Shown: positions 11,416 to 23,254, counted from the stretch's first letter. The stretch: 64,000 nucleotides of DNA from Centroscyllium fabricii (GCA_051313645.2 JBNRSN020000009.1:97464001-97528000), one strand, 5' to 3'. Notes: generated by a model from the letters alone, not told the origin. Numbers and translations are program-made.

Positions 11416-13383
11416 TACTAAGGCCTCCAAAAAAAACTTTATGGAATGCATCAAAAGGCAATTTAATGGGTGAACATGTTATTGTGAAATTTACATTTTA
11501 TTCAATTCTTTTTGTTTAAAACTTTATTTTAGACATTTGAAACTTCAGTTGTTGAGAAAGAAATGATGGACTTTTTTTTGAAAAACAGTTTGGGTGATTC
11601 AATTGCTTCATTAACAGACCCCGATGGTGAATAGTTGTGAAGCTGAGAACGGTTTTTCGATTAGGAATACTGACATAGGTAATTTCAGTGTTATATGTAG
11701 ACATAAAAAGCGTGACTCAAGATCTTTATACAGGAAGGAAGGTTTGTGGACAGGAAGTGCACACTATGTGCAATATTTTTATATACACACACACAAATTA
11801 TTAAATGGTGGAAGTGCTAAGTGAATGATTGTATCTTAGAAATTACTACTGGCAATATTAGTGGATGCATGCTTAATATATTAGGATGATATACATCTGT
11901 CCGTTATTTTAAAGGAGGTGTTCATTTATTTATTTTAAATGGGTTAATGCCTCTTTTAAAATAACAGAGAGAGAAATATAGAAATGCATCAAACATGTGT
12001 ACAATAATATTGTCAAGAGCAGTAGTTGAATGCCTCCACCAGCGGACAGAGGAATGCCATGCAAATGTGTTAAACCAAAACTGCGAACTGTAATTTATAG
12101 GCTTACATGACTGCAATGCCTTGATCCCTTCACAAAAAATCAGAATGCCTTTCAAGTCAAACCAATCATCTCGAAATACAATTTGATGCAGTAATTACAC
12201 AAAGTACACCCAGCGAAAATGTGTGATTTTTACTGTCAGTTTCATTCATATGAAGAGGATAGCACCAGTTGATATTACATAACTAAAAGGATCGGTGAAA
12301 ATATTTTAAAATACATTTTGGCCCAATTAATTTCATAACAAAAATCCTTTAATTTCTCAGAACAGTGAAAATTTCAGTACTCTAAACCATAAGTGGAAAA
12401 TGACACTATCAGGAAATAAACTGCTGTGCATTAAAACCGAAGTGATCTCATCACAGATGATTTTTAAAGGGTTCCATAAAAACTCAACGTGTATAACTGC
12501 ATCATGTGTTCTGGCTCCTGTAGGACTGTGACAGGACAAATGATTTAAGATTGCCATGTCCTTGACTGAGTTGAAAAATATAAAAGAAAACTGAGTCTGT
12601 CAGATTTGACTTAATCAAACCTATGGGATTCTGGCTGCTCATAAAAGATTCTATATACTATCAATGGCTTAGTATATACTATTAAACAATGAACTTATAT
12701 GGGTTTGACTTAGGTGACCCCTCTATAACTGGCATATATTGAAGTCAGTTGAACCCTGCGGTTGCTTTTACCTTCTTGCTTGGGGGATTACTCCTTTGAA
12801 CATTCCACAGGTACCATTATTTATCCCTTAAATAACCTGCAAGAAACAGTATGGCACCTTACATTTGTCTATTTGTCTGGTTGTCCAGTTGTGACAGTCT
12901 TTGTCCGAGTACACTCTTGCAAGGTCATTGCTATGAACCATAATAGATCAAATACAAAACTGGTAATGGGGAGTGGCAAGAAAGGGATCGGAAATACAAT
13001 CCTCAACACTATACATTCTGCGCCTTTAAGATAATGTGCAGTATAACCTCACAGGAATTTTTAAGAATATATTGACCTCTTTCACTAATTTGAAAGGTCT
13101 GCGACATTGAGTTTCAAATCCACTCAGGCATTGAAGCCTTATGTTCTAGGTTTTAAAGCCCAAATGCCTTATGAATTTCTGCAACAGCCTTTGCAGTGAT
13201 GCTGTTTTGGAAAAATAATGCATTTTAATGGTTTTGTAGAACTATATTCAACTTATAAAATGGCCTAACTCCAAACATAAATATTCAATATAATCTTGTT
13301 TTAAATAATGTAATGAAACCTACGTAACTTAGGTGCAATAATATATTTGTCAAGGCCTGGCCTATTCGTATAGGGAGATTTAG

Positions 13384-14152
13384 CATAGAAACATAGAAAA
13401 TAGGTGCAGGAGTAGACCATTCGGTCCTTCGAGCCTGCATCGCCATTTAATGCGTTCATGGCTGAACATGCTACCTCAGTACCCCATTCCTGCTTTCTCG
13501 CCATACCCTTTGATCCCCCTAGTTGTGAGTATTATATCTAACTCCCTTTTGAATATATTTAGCGAACTGGCCTCAACAACCTTCTGTGGCAGAGAATTCC
13601 ACAGATTCACCACTCTCTGGGTGAAGAAGTTCCTCCTCATCTCAGTCTTAAATGGCCTCCCCTTTATCCTTAGACTGTGACCCCTGGTTCTAGTCTTCCC
13701 TAACATTGGAAACATTCTGCCCGCATCTAACTTCTCTAAACCAGTCAGGATTTTAAACGTCTCTATAAGATCCCCCCTCATTCTTCTGAACTCCAGAGGA
13801 TACAAGTTCAGTTGATCCAGTCTTTCTTGATATGTCAGTCTGGCCATCCCAGGAATCAATCTAGTGAACCTTCGCTGCACTCCCTCAATAGCAAGAATGT
13901 CCTTCCTCAAGTTAGGAGACCAAAACTGCACACAATACTCCAGGTGTGGCCTCACCAAGGCCCTGTACAACTGTAGCATCACCTCCCTACTCCTGTACTC
14001 AAATCCCCTTGCTATGAAGGCCATCATGCCATTTGCTTTCTTGACCGCCTGCTGCACTTGCATTCCCACCTTCAGTGACTGATGTACCATGATGCCCAGG
14101 TCTCGTTGCACCTCCCCTTTCCCTAATCTGCCACCATTCAGATAATAGTCTG
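13384..14152 (-). mobile_element. CR1 (HER1-type) LINE, young 5'-truncated copy
   Basis: Uninterrupted ORF2 C-terminus (LYRALVRPHLEYCVQFWSP...RTRGHSLRI...FFTQRVVNLWNSLP); tail ctatgtttctatg; tagcat on both flanks. Confidence 0.95.
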
Positions 14153-14756
14153 ATAGCATGTGTGTTTCAGATCTAAAGAACAATGTAACACAGGGAAACG
14201 ATTAACAGTTCACATCAATAAATATTTTCTTATACATTATATATGGAATTTGTCTGTGATCTACAGCAAATTATTTTCTACTGAGGCGAAATAATGAAAT
14301 CACATTCTTCTGTGAATATCATTCATCACTGCACTGAAACGGGAACAGTACCAAAAAAAAACTTAGCAACACTGAAACTCTCTTGATGATGGCAAGCAGG
14401 TGTGTAGCTAGCAATCTGAAGTTTTGTCTCAACCCTGGCTTCGGATCCCTGGGATTCAGGTGCGCATATACCAATCTTGCAGACGGATCGGTTTGTGCAA
14501 CTGCGTATAAATTAATTTCAGCAATGGAAAGAAAGGGAGCTTCCTATCCTAAATGGCACAAACTAAATATGACGCATGAGCAAAGTCATTGCTCCCTCCA
14601 TGTTGCTGAAATAAATATGTGCACAACTGCATGCATTACCTGTACCCTCCTACGCCCATTAATGTAAGAAACACTGCAACACATAAAACTCTCGAGCCTC
14701 AAAAATTACAAAGGAACACCAGAGCTCCTCCCCTAAGGGAAACATTGGCGCTTCAC

Positions 14757-16906
14757 TTTTAGAAACAATAATCCGGGGTAAAATGAACAGTCACTTAGAC
14801 AAGTGTGGATTAATTAAGGAAAGCCAGCATGGATTTGTTAACGGCAAATCGTGTTTAACCAACTTGATTGAGTTTTTTGATGAGGTAGCAGAGAGGGTTG
14901 ATGAGGGCAATGCGGTTGACGTGGTGAACATGGATTTCCAAAAGACATTTGATAAAGTGCCACATAATAGGCTTACAAGCAAAGTTGAAGCCCATGGAAT
15001 AAAAGGGACAGTGGCAGCATGGATACAAAATTGGCTAAGTGACTGGAAACAGAGAGTAGTGGTGAACGGCTGTTTATCGGACTGGAGGAAGGTATACAGT
15101 GGGGTTCCCCAGGGGTCAGTACTAGGACCACTGCTTTTCTTGATATATATTAATGACTTAGACTTGGGTGTACAGGGCACAGTTTCAAAATCTGCAGATG
15201 ACACAAAACTTAGAAGTATAGTGAATAGTGAGGAGGAGAGTGATAGACTTCAGGAAGACATAGACAGGCTGGTGAAATGGGCAGATACATGAAATTTAAC
15301 ACAGAAAAGTGTAAAGTGATACATTTTGGTAGGGAGAACAAGGAGAGGCAATGTAAACTAAAGGGTACAATTCTAAAGAGGGTGCATGAACAGAGAGACC
15401 TGGGGGTATATGTACACAAATCGCTGAATATGGCAGGGCAGGTTGAGAAAGCAGTCAAAAAAGCATACAGGATCCTGGGCTTCATAAATAGAGGCATAGG
15501 GCTGGATTTTGTCAATTGGAAGCTTTTGGAGGCGGGCTGCTGCTTGCTGGCTTTCAATCGCGCCTCCATCAGCTTCTGGCCAACCACCGATTGACATTGT
15601 TAAGCCCTCCCAGCGGGCTCAGCAGACTAATTAGGGGGAAGTCAGTGACAGAGCACATCAATGTATGACGTGCCATCTGTCAAGATTTTTTGAATGAAGA
15701 AATGTCAGTGTTTGACAGCTCTGCGAAACTGTCAAAACACTGACAGTCTGTATAGTTTGATGAGTCCTTGTGTTCAGGACTCATCAAACCTTTCAACTTT
15801 GCAGAAATCACCTGGCTGTTGGTTCAGAGGATCCAACAGCCAGTCTGTGAAATCTACAATGGAAATGTCAGGACTCCGGCTCCACAGCAACTGAAGGCTC
15901 TAGGCAGAAACAAAGGTAAGTGAACATTTTCTAACACTTTACACTCACCTCACATACTTGCACCCATTACTCACCTCTACGTTGCACTTTCAGACCCCTC
16001 CGACCCCTACTCGTCTCTTACACCCTGGCGGGGTTCCCAGAGGTCGGGAAGCCTGCACTTCGGATGGAAAAATGGGGCTAATCCTATTTTATGCCTGTTA
16101 ACAGGCAGTTAATAGGATTTAATCCCTTTCCTACCTCAAGGAGACGGGACCCGGGACAGGACGGCTTCCCGCCTTCTGGCAAAAGGGCACGGAGGTGGGT
16201 TGCGGCGGGCTTGCCACCCGCCCTCAAATTCTGCCACTTTACTGGCAGTCCCACCTCCATACCCGCCTCCTCGGGGCTGACAAAATCCAGCCCATAGAGC
16301 ACAATAGCAAGGAAGTTATGATGAACCTTTATAAAACACTGGTTCAGCCCCAACTGGAGTATTGTGTCCAATTCTGGGCACCGCACTTTAGGAAGGATGT
16401 GAAGGCCTTAGAGAGGGTGCAGAAAACATTTACAAGAATGGTTCCAGGGATGAGGGACTTCAGTTATGTCGATAGACTGGAGAAGTTGGGGTTGTTCTCC
16501 TTGGAGCAGAGAAGGTTGAGAGGAAAGTTGATAGAGGTGTTCAAAATCATGAGGGGTCTGGACAGAGTAGATAGAGAGAAACTGTTCCCACTGGCGGAAT
16601 GGTCGCGAACCAAAGGACACAGATTTAAGATGAGTGGCAGAAGACCAAAAGGCGACATGAGGAAAAACGTTTTTACATAGCAAGAGGTTATGATCTGGAA
16701 TGCACTGTCTGAAAGGGTGGTGGAGGCAGATTCAATTGTGGCTTTCAAAAGGGAATTGGATAAGTACCTGAAGGAAAAAATTTGCAGGGCAACGGCGAAA
16801 GGGCAGGGGAGTGGGACTAGCTGAAGTGCTCTTGCAGAGAGCTGGCTCAGGCTCGACGGGCCGAATGGCCTCCTTCTGCGCTGTAACCAATTTATGATTC
16901 TATGAT
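14757..16906 (+). mobile_element. CR1 (HER1-type) LINE RT and 3' end, split by a MITE
   Basis: QHGF...[44 protein letters not shown]; resumes at 16294; tail tatgattctatga. Confidence 0.95.
15499..16293. mobile_element. PIF/Harbinger-type MITE, family B
   Basis: Perfect TIR gggctggattttgtc / gacaaaatccagccc; TSD ATA; removing it rejoins the CR1 ORF. Confidence 0.92.
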
Positions 16907-17004
16907 ACTGTAACACCAATATTCTCGTTTAAAAAAAATTTTTGTTGAAAAAGTGGAAGTCTCCAGAGGCAAAACAACAAATGCTATAACTTAGCAAGCA
17001 CACC

Positions 17005-17350
17005 CACAACATGGTGTGTTACTGAGTTATGCAGATGAAGAAGGACACAGGTTCAATCTGAGTTGGTCAAAGTCAGCCAGGGTGGTATTGAGAATGCCAG
17101 AAGTGGCTTCAGAGTCCCTGGACTAAAGATGAAAAATCATCCAGGATTCCCACTCTTGATCACAATCCAGTAACCCTTACTGGAAAGTCCATGCGTGTGG
17201 ACACTGAATAAGGGTAAGGATACAGGTTCAACTATAACAGCCCATGGTCAAATAGCCCACTGATATTCACTATGCAAGTTCACACGAGAATGGCCAGCTG
17301 CTGTATTCCATAGTGAGTTGGCTTCTTCAGCACATGAGTGTTGAGGACAG
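17005..17350 (+). mobile_element. Old SINE-like repeat (family X)
   Basis: Similarity to 29630-30040 and 43480-43865 (atccagtaacccttactggaaagt, gtcaaatagcc, cttcagc). Confidence 0.6.
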
Positions 17351-18838
17351 AACAGGCCATACAATAATAACCAATATGTAAAATCTGGTGTACAAGTCGG
17401 ACCTTAAGTACACCAAGTCCTTACAAACTTGGGAGGAATGAATTCCACGTTTGTTTTCTGGATATTAATCTGATTCTGAATGCTGTACCAGTAGTGCAAA
17501 ATTTCATATTTACAGGCATTTGGTGAGTATTATTGTTCTAATACTGGCTTATATTTTCAAGAACAAAGCATAAAGAGATGCCACACAAAAAGAATAACAG
17601 ATAAAAAGTGACGTACACAAAGTGAGATTGAGAAACCGAAGTAAAAAAGAAAATATATAAAAGCGAGGGGAAAAGACTAACATACAAAGAAGAGATGTAC
17701 AAAGAGAACAAGCAGATAAAGAGAAGGAGGAGAAGGGTAGAAGCCTGTACTAGTAGGTGTTAATGCATCTCCAGCTGTTCAAGAATAAGTATTAAAATTT
17801 GAACGAGGTTATTTTGAGGGTGACTAAAAATGGCATTGATGAAAACCTCATTTCACAACACAAGCCTGGATTACTGAATGTACAATTGGGTTATCATAGT
17901 CGCACAACATATACAATGTGATAAATAAAATTGTCATTCACACCGCAATCAATAATAATGTGGATTATAAATGGCATGGCACTGTGTATGCACGACATCG
18001 CACTAGATCTGTGGATTTGTGACGGTGGAGTAAGCTATCTATAATAACACTCTTAAAAGGTGTTAATTTCAGAGCTTCTATTAACTCAGCTCATCCGACT
18101 AACTTTTGATTTGAAGCTTTGATGAGCAATTGCAGGCTCTCCAAAATGTTGCCCTTTTATCTACAAAACACACTTCTGCAGTATTCCATCGTGTGTTGGC
18201 TTCTTCAGCATATGAAAACAGCAGCTTTTGTTTGCTCAGATCACTTCGTATGAATATGAACTTATTGCCTATTAAAACTTTTTTCTCAGCTCTACTGAAA
18301 AGGTCCAATGCTATAGTAGTACAGTAACTTGGATACCCTGTATTTTAAAACTTACTCCAAAAAATTATGTTGTTCATAGGCCCTGTTCCATGACGCAAGA
18401 GGTATTACTCAATAAAAACAGATGTTTACGAAGTTTCACAATCAAACTTACTTCAGAAATAACCACTGAAATATAATTTTGGAGTTCCTTTTTCAATTTT
18501 AACGGTTACAGGATCATCACAAATTTCCAGCTTCCATGCCAGAAATTCATGTGTTCAAACAGCAGTAAATTTCAAGTATTAAAGCTGATGACAGACAAAT
18601 ATATCTGCCAATATTTTTACAATAAAGACTTTTTTAAGAAAAAAAGGTTCACTGAGAGGTTTAATCTTCATGTCATATCTTTCCCATTAAAATCACACCA
18701 TTGAAATGGTTCAAAACCATACCTTTAGTTGTATAAATTATAATACACTTGGATGGCCATTAATTCTTATTCAAATCTCAACACTAATTGTATACAGAAT
18801 TTTCTGGTTTGCAAGTTAGAAATTCCTGATTGTGTTTT

Positions 18839-19172
18839 ATAAGAACATAAGAAGTAGGAGCAGGAGTAGGCCATACGGCCCCTCGGGCCTGCTCCGCCAT
18901 TCAATAGGATCATGGCTGATCCGAACTTAGACTCACGTCCACTTCCCTGCCCGCTCCCCGTAACCCCTTATTCCCTTATCAGCTAGGAAACTGTCTATCT
19001 CCGTTTTAAATTTATTTAATGTCGCAGCTTCCACAGCTCTGAGGCAGCACATTCTATAGATTTACTACCCTCCGAGTGAAGAAGTTTCTCCTCATCTCAG
19101 TTTTGAAAGGGCAGCCCCTTATTCTAAGATTATGCCCCCTAGTTCTAGTCTCACCCATCAGTGGAAACATTC
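18839..19172 (-). mobile_element. CR1 3' end fragment
   Basis: ataagaacataagaagtaggagcaggagtaggcc tail plus the ORF2 end. Confidence 0.9.
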
Positions 19173-19174
19173 TC

Positions 19175-19480
19175 ATATTTGTTCTTCGGATGTGTGGGCG
19201 ACACTGGCAAGACAGCATATTTACCCACCTTTGGTTGTCCTAAAGGTATTAAGAGTCAACCATCTAGAGTGGGACCTGATTCACGTATAAGCCAACCCAG
19301 GCAGGTTCCCTTCCTTGAAGGACATCTGTGTACCAGTTTTACAACAAAACAGCAGCTTTTGTGGTCATTTTGTGGTGCGAACCCACAAATTCTCAGATTT
19401 ATTGAATTCAATTTCACAATTTTCCATGGTGAGCTTTGAGCTTACAATCTCTAGGGTACTCGTCCAATACTATAACCTTA
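19175..19480 (-). mobile_element. Degraded SINE sharing its 3' tail with the CR1 at 10558
   Basis: ggatgtgtgggcgacactggcaagacagcatattt resembles 10578-10612; decayed tRNA-like head near 19430-19480. Confidence 0.5.
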
Positions 19481-19835
19481 CCCTTCAATAAATAACTCAT
19501 GTTCTGGGCTCAGTTTTGCTCTCTTTAGAATTCTATGCCACAAACTCACCTCAAAAAAGGCAAAAAATGAATACATTAATTCCTCCTCTCAGAGACCAAA
19601 ATCCTACAGTAAAAAAAGTCTTTTTTTTTTTAAAAGGGGTTCCTTTGGGGAAAGGATTGGGGAAATCCATGATCTTTCTTCCCCAGTCGATTCCCAACAA
19701 GAGCAGGAAAAGGCAAATTTACATATCTTTATCACATCCACCATAAAAATAGCATTTCAGTGTTGAAATACCATCACATGCCCGAACACATGCCTCTGCT
19801 TCTGCCAAGGAACAGAAATTAATTTCAATATTATT

Positions 19836-20810
19836 CAGTTGGCTCCCTTGATGGTTTGGTGATTCAATGCACCTTGTGGTGTACGACGCCATACTTGATC
19901 AGGAAGATCCCAGGTTTGATCCGTCCCCTGTGCTGAGTTAGCTGATCCCAGAGGACAGTGAAGATATTTGGCCCAGAAATTAGGGCCGCAACGCGCGAGT
20001 ACGGACGGTGTACTCATGCTTGCGGCCCTCGGAAGTGCTGGTTCGGTGTGTACACCGCACTTGCGCACAGAACCAGCACTTCTGATGCAAGTCCTGGAGG
20101 GGGCAGGAGCCCCAGCGCGTTGGCCTGCGCAGTGAATTTGCGATTTTTTCAACAGATTTGTATCAGGGTATGTATTTAAATATTTACGGCTTCTTTTTTA
20201 TGTGCAAAGAGTGGATTACAGCAGGTAAGTCATTATTTAATTCAATTTAAACAATTTTTCCACAGGTTTTTAATTTTTTTAAACTTTAAAGACAGGTAAG
20301 TTGATTTTTAGGCCCGTTAAAAACATTAAATATTTTTCTTTAATTTATTTTTGGTTTAAAATAGCTAATTTATGTTACTAATAGTAATTTTAAAAAATGT
20401 GATGGTTTTAAAATTTTTATTTTAAGGTTTAGTGTGGTTTTGGGGCTCTAGTATTTCATAGGTTTGACAGATTTTTCAATCAAACTTATGAATGGAGCAT
20501 TCTTTACTCTGATTGGCTCCCCACGGACAACGTGATCCCATGGGAAGCCTCGCACTAACTCCGACGTGAAGATGCCCCAGCGCGGTGCGGGGGAGTTTCA
20601 GAAGGCCTCTAGATCGGGAGTTCTAGTGCCAGAAATCGAGAACGGCAAGCCTCCGATCCTAATTTCTGGGCCATTACAATTGGCATCAGCCTTCCCAAGC
20701 TAAAGCGGAGTGGGTGGGTGGAAACAGCCATGCATCCTTCAACCTACCTCGGGAGAGCTGGTGGAAGAGGACATTAGGTGAGGATAGGTTACGGCCAGTG
20801 TCACTAATTT
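19836..20810 (+). mobile_element. Old SINE-like repeat (family X) split by a MITE
   Basis: Head caggaagatcccaggtttgatcc...tgtgctgagttagctgatc resumes as acaattggcatcagcc after 20672. Confidence 0.65.
19970..20672. mobile_element. PIF/Harbinger-type MITE, family C
   Basis: TIR ggcccagaaattagg / cctaatttctgggcc; AT-rich flanks (TSD imperfect); inverted homologue at 33301-34235. Confidence 0.85.
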
Positions 20811-21074
20811 AGAATGACTGAGTCAAGTTCCGTTTTTAACAGAAGGAAAGAAAATGCATGAAATTCCAGGATTTTGACCAGTGTTTTAGGATCACATTCT
20901 GACATTACATCTATTTATAATTAGGCACGTTGGTTTATGGTGACCAAATAAGTCAAATTCTATATTTATTGCATGGGATTCCAAAAATGGGAGTCTGGGA
21001 TTTCTGCCAGTGTTCTGGGGTTTGAATTTCATGATTCCATCCATTTTTCCATGAAAACTACAAAACCGTGGCCT

Positions 21075-21512
21075 TGGTTAGGGTTCAGTTGTGATTGCTG
21101 CCAAAGCTGAATAGCTTGTTGACACTCACTAGCTAGATTCACACTAAGAACAACCCTTTGCGTGAGGTATCAGAGCACCCATGGAACTACACCAGAACCC
21201 TGTTCCTGGGACTAGGGACAGGGCCACTGGCAAGGCTTGGAAGCTAAGCAGAGCCAGGCCTGGTTAGTACTTGGATGGGGGAATACCAGGTGCCGAAGGT
21301 CACGAAAGGAGCCCCGGGGAGGGACGGTTGGCTGAAGATTGTCGGAATGATGGGAAGATGGAATGGCGGCGCGCACAGACGCAGCGGCTTTGCTGGACTC
21401 TTGGGAGCTTGCAAGATCACATTTCGTTGTTCATGTACTTGTACATTGTATAATGACAATAAAGTTGAATTATTATTATTATTATTATTATGATTTGCCT
21501 TCAGGAGAGGTG
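21075..21512 (+). mobile_element. Old SINE-like repeat (family X) 3' part, split by the 5S-derived SINE
   Basis: gaatagcttgttgacactcact...cccatggaactac [insertion] ttgccttcaggagagg. Confidence 0.6.
21196..21490 (+). mobile_element. 5S rRNA-derived SINE (SINE3-type) with Rex1/Babar-like 3' tail
   Basis: 21239-21293 matches 5S rRNA ~nt 47-111 (ggaagctaagcag..ggcctggttagtacttggatggg[~10-nt gap]gaatacc.ggtgc); tail tcgttgt..gtact.gtac..aatgacaataaagttgaa(tta)n matches the Rex1 tail at 61708-61766. Confidence 0.75.
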
Positions 21513-21965
21513 GACAGTCCATATTACGCAGGTCTCATTGCAATGGCTCGGCTGTAAATATACCAACCAGCAAGTTAGACCCAGAAAGATCCCATATTTA
21601 ATAATCAGCTGACCTCAGCAGTAACTTTGGCCAGAGATACTTGCTTTTGATTGCTGTCATCCATGCTGTAAAGTGCCCGTATTGATAGTATGAATATTGA
21701 ATTTGCCTAGGATGAGCCTGACAATCCAATGCCATGTCATGGTTTAGGTTCCTACATGAATGGCCACTTTGGCCAAGTACCAGAGACCTGCTGGTGCCAT
21801 GGAACTACAGGTTGAGCACCGTTATACCGGCACGGGCGGGTCTAGGCCCACGCCGGTAGAACGAAAAAAACGGTAGACTGAAGCCGGCCAGTGCGCATGC
21901 GCGCACCATTCAAAATGGGCGCGCGCATGCGCACAACATTGGAAATGGCCGCCGAACATTCAAAA

Positions 21966-22210
21966 TATTAGATCATCTCATCCAGAACTCTGCTGTTTGC
22001 ATCCTTGTTTGTCCATCGCTGACCTGCATTGGCACCAAGTTCCCCAATGCTCACACTTAAAGTTCTAACCTCTGTGTTTAAATCTCTTCACGGGCTCACC
22101 CCTCCCTATCTCGGTAACCTCCACCAACCCCACAACCACCCACTTCTGCCCCTTAACTATCTGTTTCTTTGACTGTGGGCACTTGTGCATCTTCCCCTCC
22201 GTTCCCCTTC
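21966..22210 (+). pseudogene. Decayed L2 ORF2 C-terminal fragment inside the MITE
   Basis: Reads approximately LIQNSA..., ADLHW..., LKVLTSVFKSLHGLTPPYLGNLHQP; no L2 tail or TSD seen. Confidence 0.7.
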
Positions 22211-22404
22211 GTTTAAGGGTTTCAGGGATGGCAGGTGAGCCACCGCACCCTGACGTCACGGAAGGCCCAGCTCGTCTGGCAGCCGTTTTGAATGCTCTGT
22301 GCATGCGCTCGCCGTTCGGCGGCGCATGCGTAGATCATTCAAAACTTCCGGTGGACTGGGCTCTGCTGCTCTCTCTCGCCTATCCTCTCCTGTCTGTCTG
22401 CTCG

Positions 22405-22557
22405 CCCGACTGCCCTGCGCATGCGCAAAATGGTCGCCACGATCGAGGCTTCGGCAAATGATCTGCGCATGCGCCGCCGAACGGCGAGCGCATGCGCAGA
22501 TCATTCGCCGAAGCCTCGATCGCGGCAGCCATTTTGCGCATGCGCAGGGCAGTCGGG
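22405..22557. repeat. 153-bp near-perfect inverted repeat (hairpin)
   Basis: cccgactgccctgcgcatgcgcaaaatgg...cgccg-aa-cggcg...ccattttgcgcatgcgcagggcagtcggg. Confidence 0.95.
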
Positions 22558-22653
22558 GCAATTTGTGCCGGAAGACTGAAGTTGCCGGCTTTTTGGTTAC
22601 CGGATTAACGGTGCTCAACCTGTATAACCATGCATGAGTCACTACTCCCAGGA

Positions 22654-22881
22654 TCTCTCTCTATATATGCTATTTAAATGTAACACTTAAAATATGTTAA
22701 TAAGCCTTTCTGTGTCTAGCTCTATGGAGGTGTGATGTGGGAGATATCAGATTTCTCTCATCACACATGTGCGTTCTTTAAGCCAGACACTCTTTCGCCT
22801 GACGAAGGGGCAGAAGCTCCGAAAGCTTGTGATTTAAAATAAAACCATTGGACTATAATCTGGTGTTGTGTGACTTCTTGC
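22654..22881 (+). mobile_element. Penelope-like element terminal fragment, family P2
   Basis: 10-bp TSD actcccagga (22644-22653, 22882-22891); end homologous to 41857-41923. Confidence 0.85.
22795..22832 (+). ncRNA. Minimal type I hammerhead ribozyme
   Basis: tcgc-CTGACGA-aggggc agaa gctcc-GAAA-gctt-gtga; palindromic AAGCTT at stem III. Confidence 0.75.
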
Positions 22882-23078
22882 ACTCCCAGGAGAGGAAGGG
22901 AGAAACAAGGTGCTCAGAATTATTTTCATCAAATTATTTTCCTCAAAACCATTCTAAGGTATCTTAACATATTTAATGTTGCAGTAACTTGATTATTTTG
23001 ACAAAATATTCTTACTAATTATTGAAAGAATTAACCTAATATTTAGACGGTGTCATCAAGCCATAATAAACATCCTAC

Positions 23079-23254
23079 CAGTTGAAATGTCTATTCAGAG
23101 CTATGGACAAGAATGTCCTAGCCTCACAATGGATAAATACAGGTTAATTGTTATTATATTTCCCAGCTATGTATTTGTCGGTTAACCTGGCTAATTGTCA
23201 AAACCCAAAATACATTGTATTTGTTCCCCTTAGTGCAAAAATATCCCTAGTCTT
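23079..23254 (-). other. Candidate untranslated exon of the minus-strand host gene (176 nt)
   Basis: Strong acceptor (T-rich tract, tgtttctcttttacAG|aagact) and donor caactg|GTAGGA. Confidence 0.45.

Larger units (their letters stand above)
21808..22622. mobile_element. pogo/Tigger-like non-autonomous element with captured internal sequence
   Basis: TIR caggttgagcaccgtta / taacggtgctcaacctg; TA TSD; same TIR core as family A but an unrelated interior. Confidence 0.88.
21540..22910 (+). mobile_element. Old SINE-like repeat (family X) split by a MITE and a Penelope fragment
   Basis: Pieces 21540-21807, 22625-22653 and 22882-22910 join into ...ccatggaacta-taaccatgcatgagtc...caggagaggaagggag. 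Confidence 0.65.

Noticed and set aside
21239-21293. Functional 5S rRNA gene
   Set aside because: First ~45 nt missing, deletion in box C, no T-run terminator, and fused to a LINE-type tail
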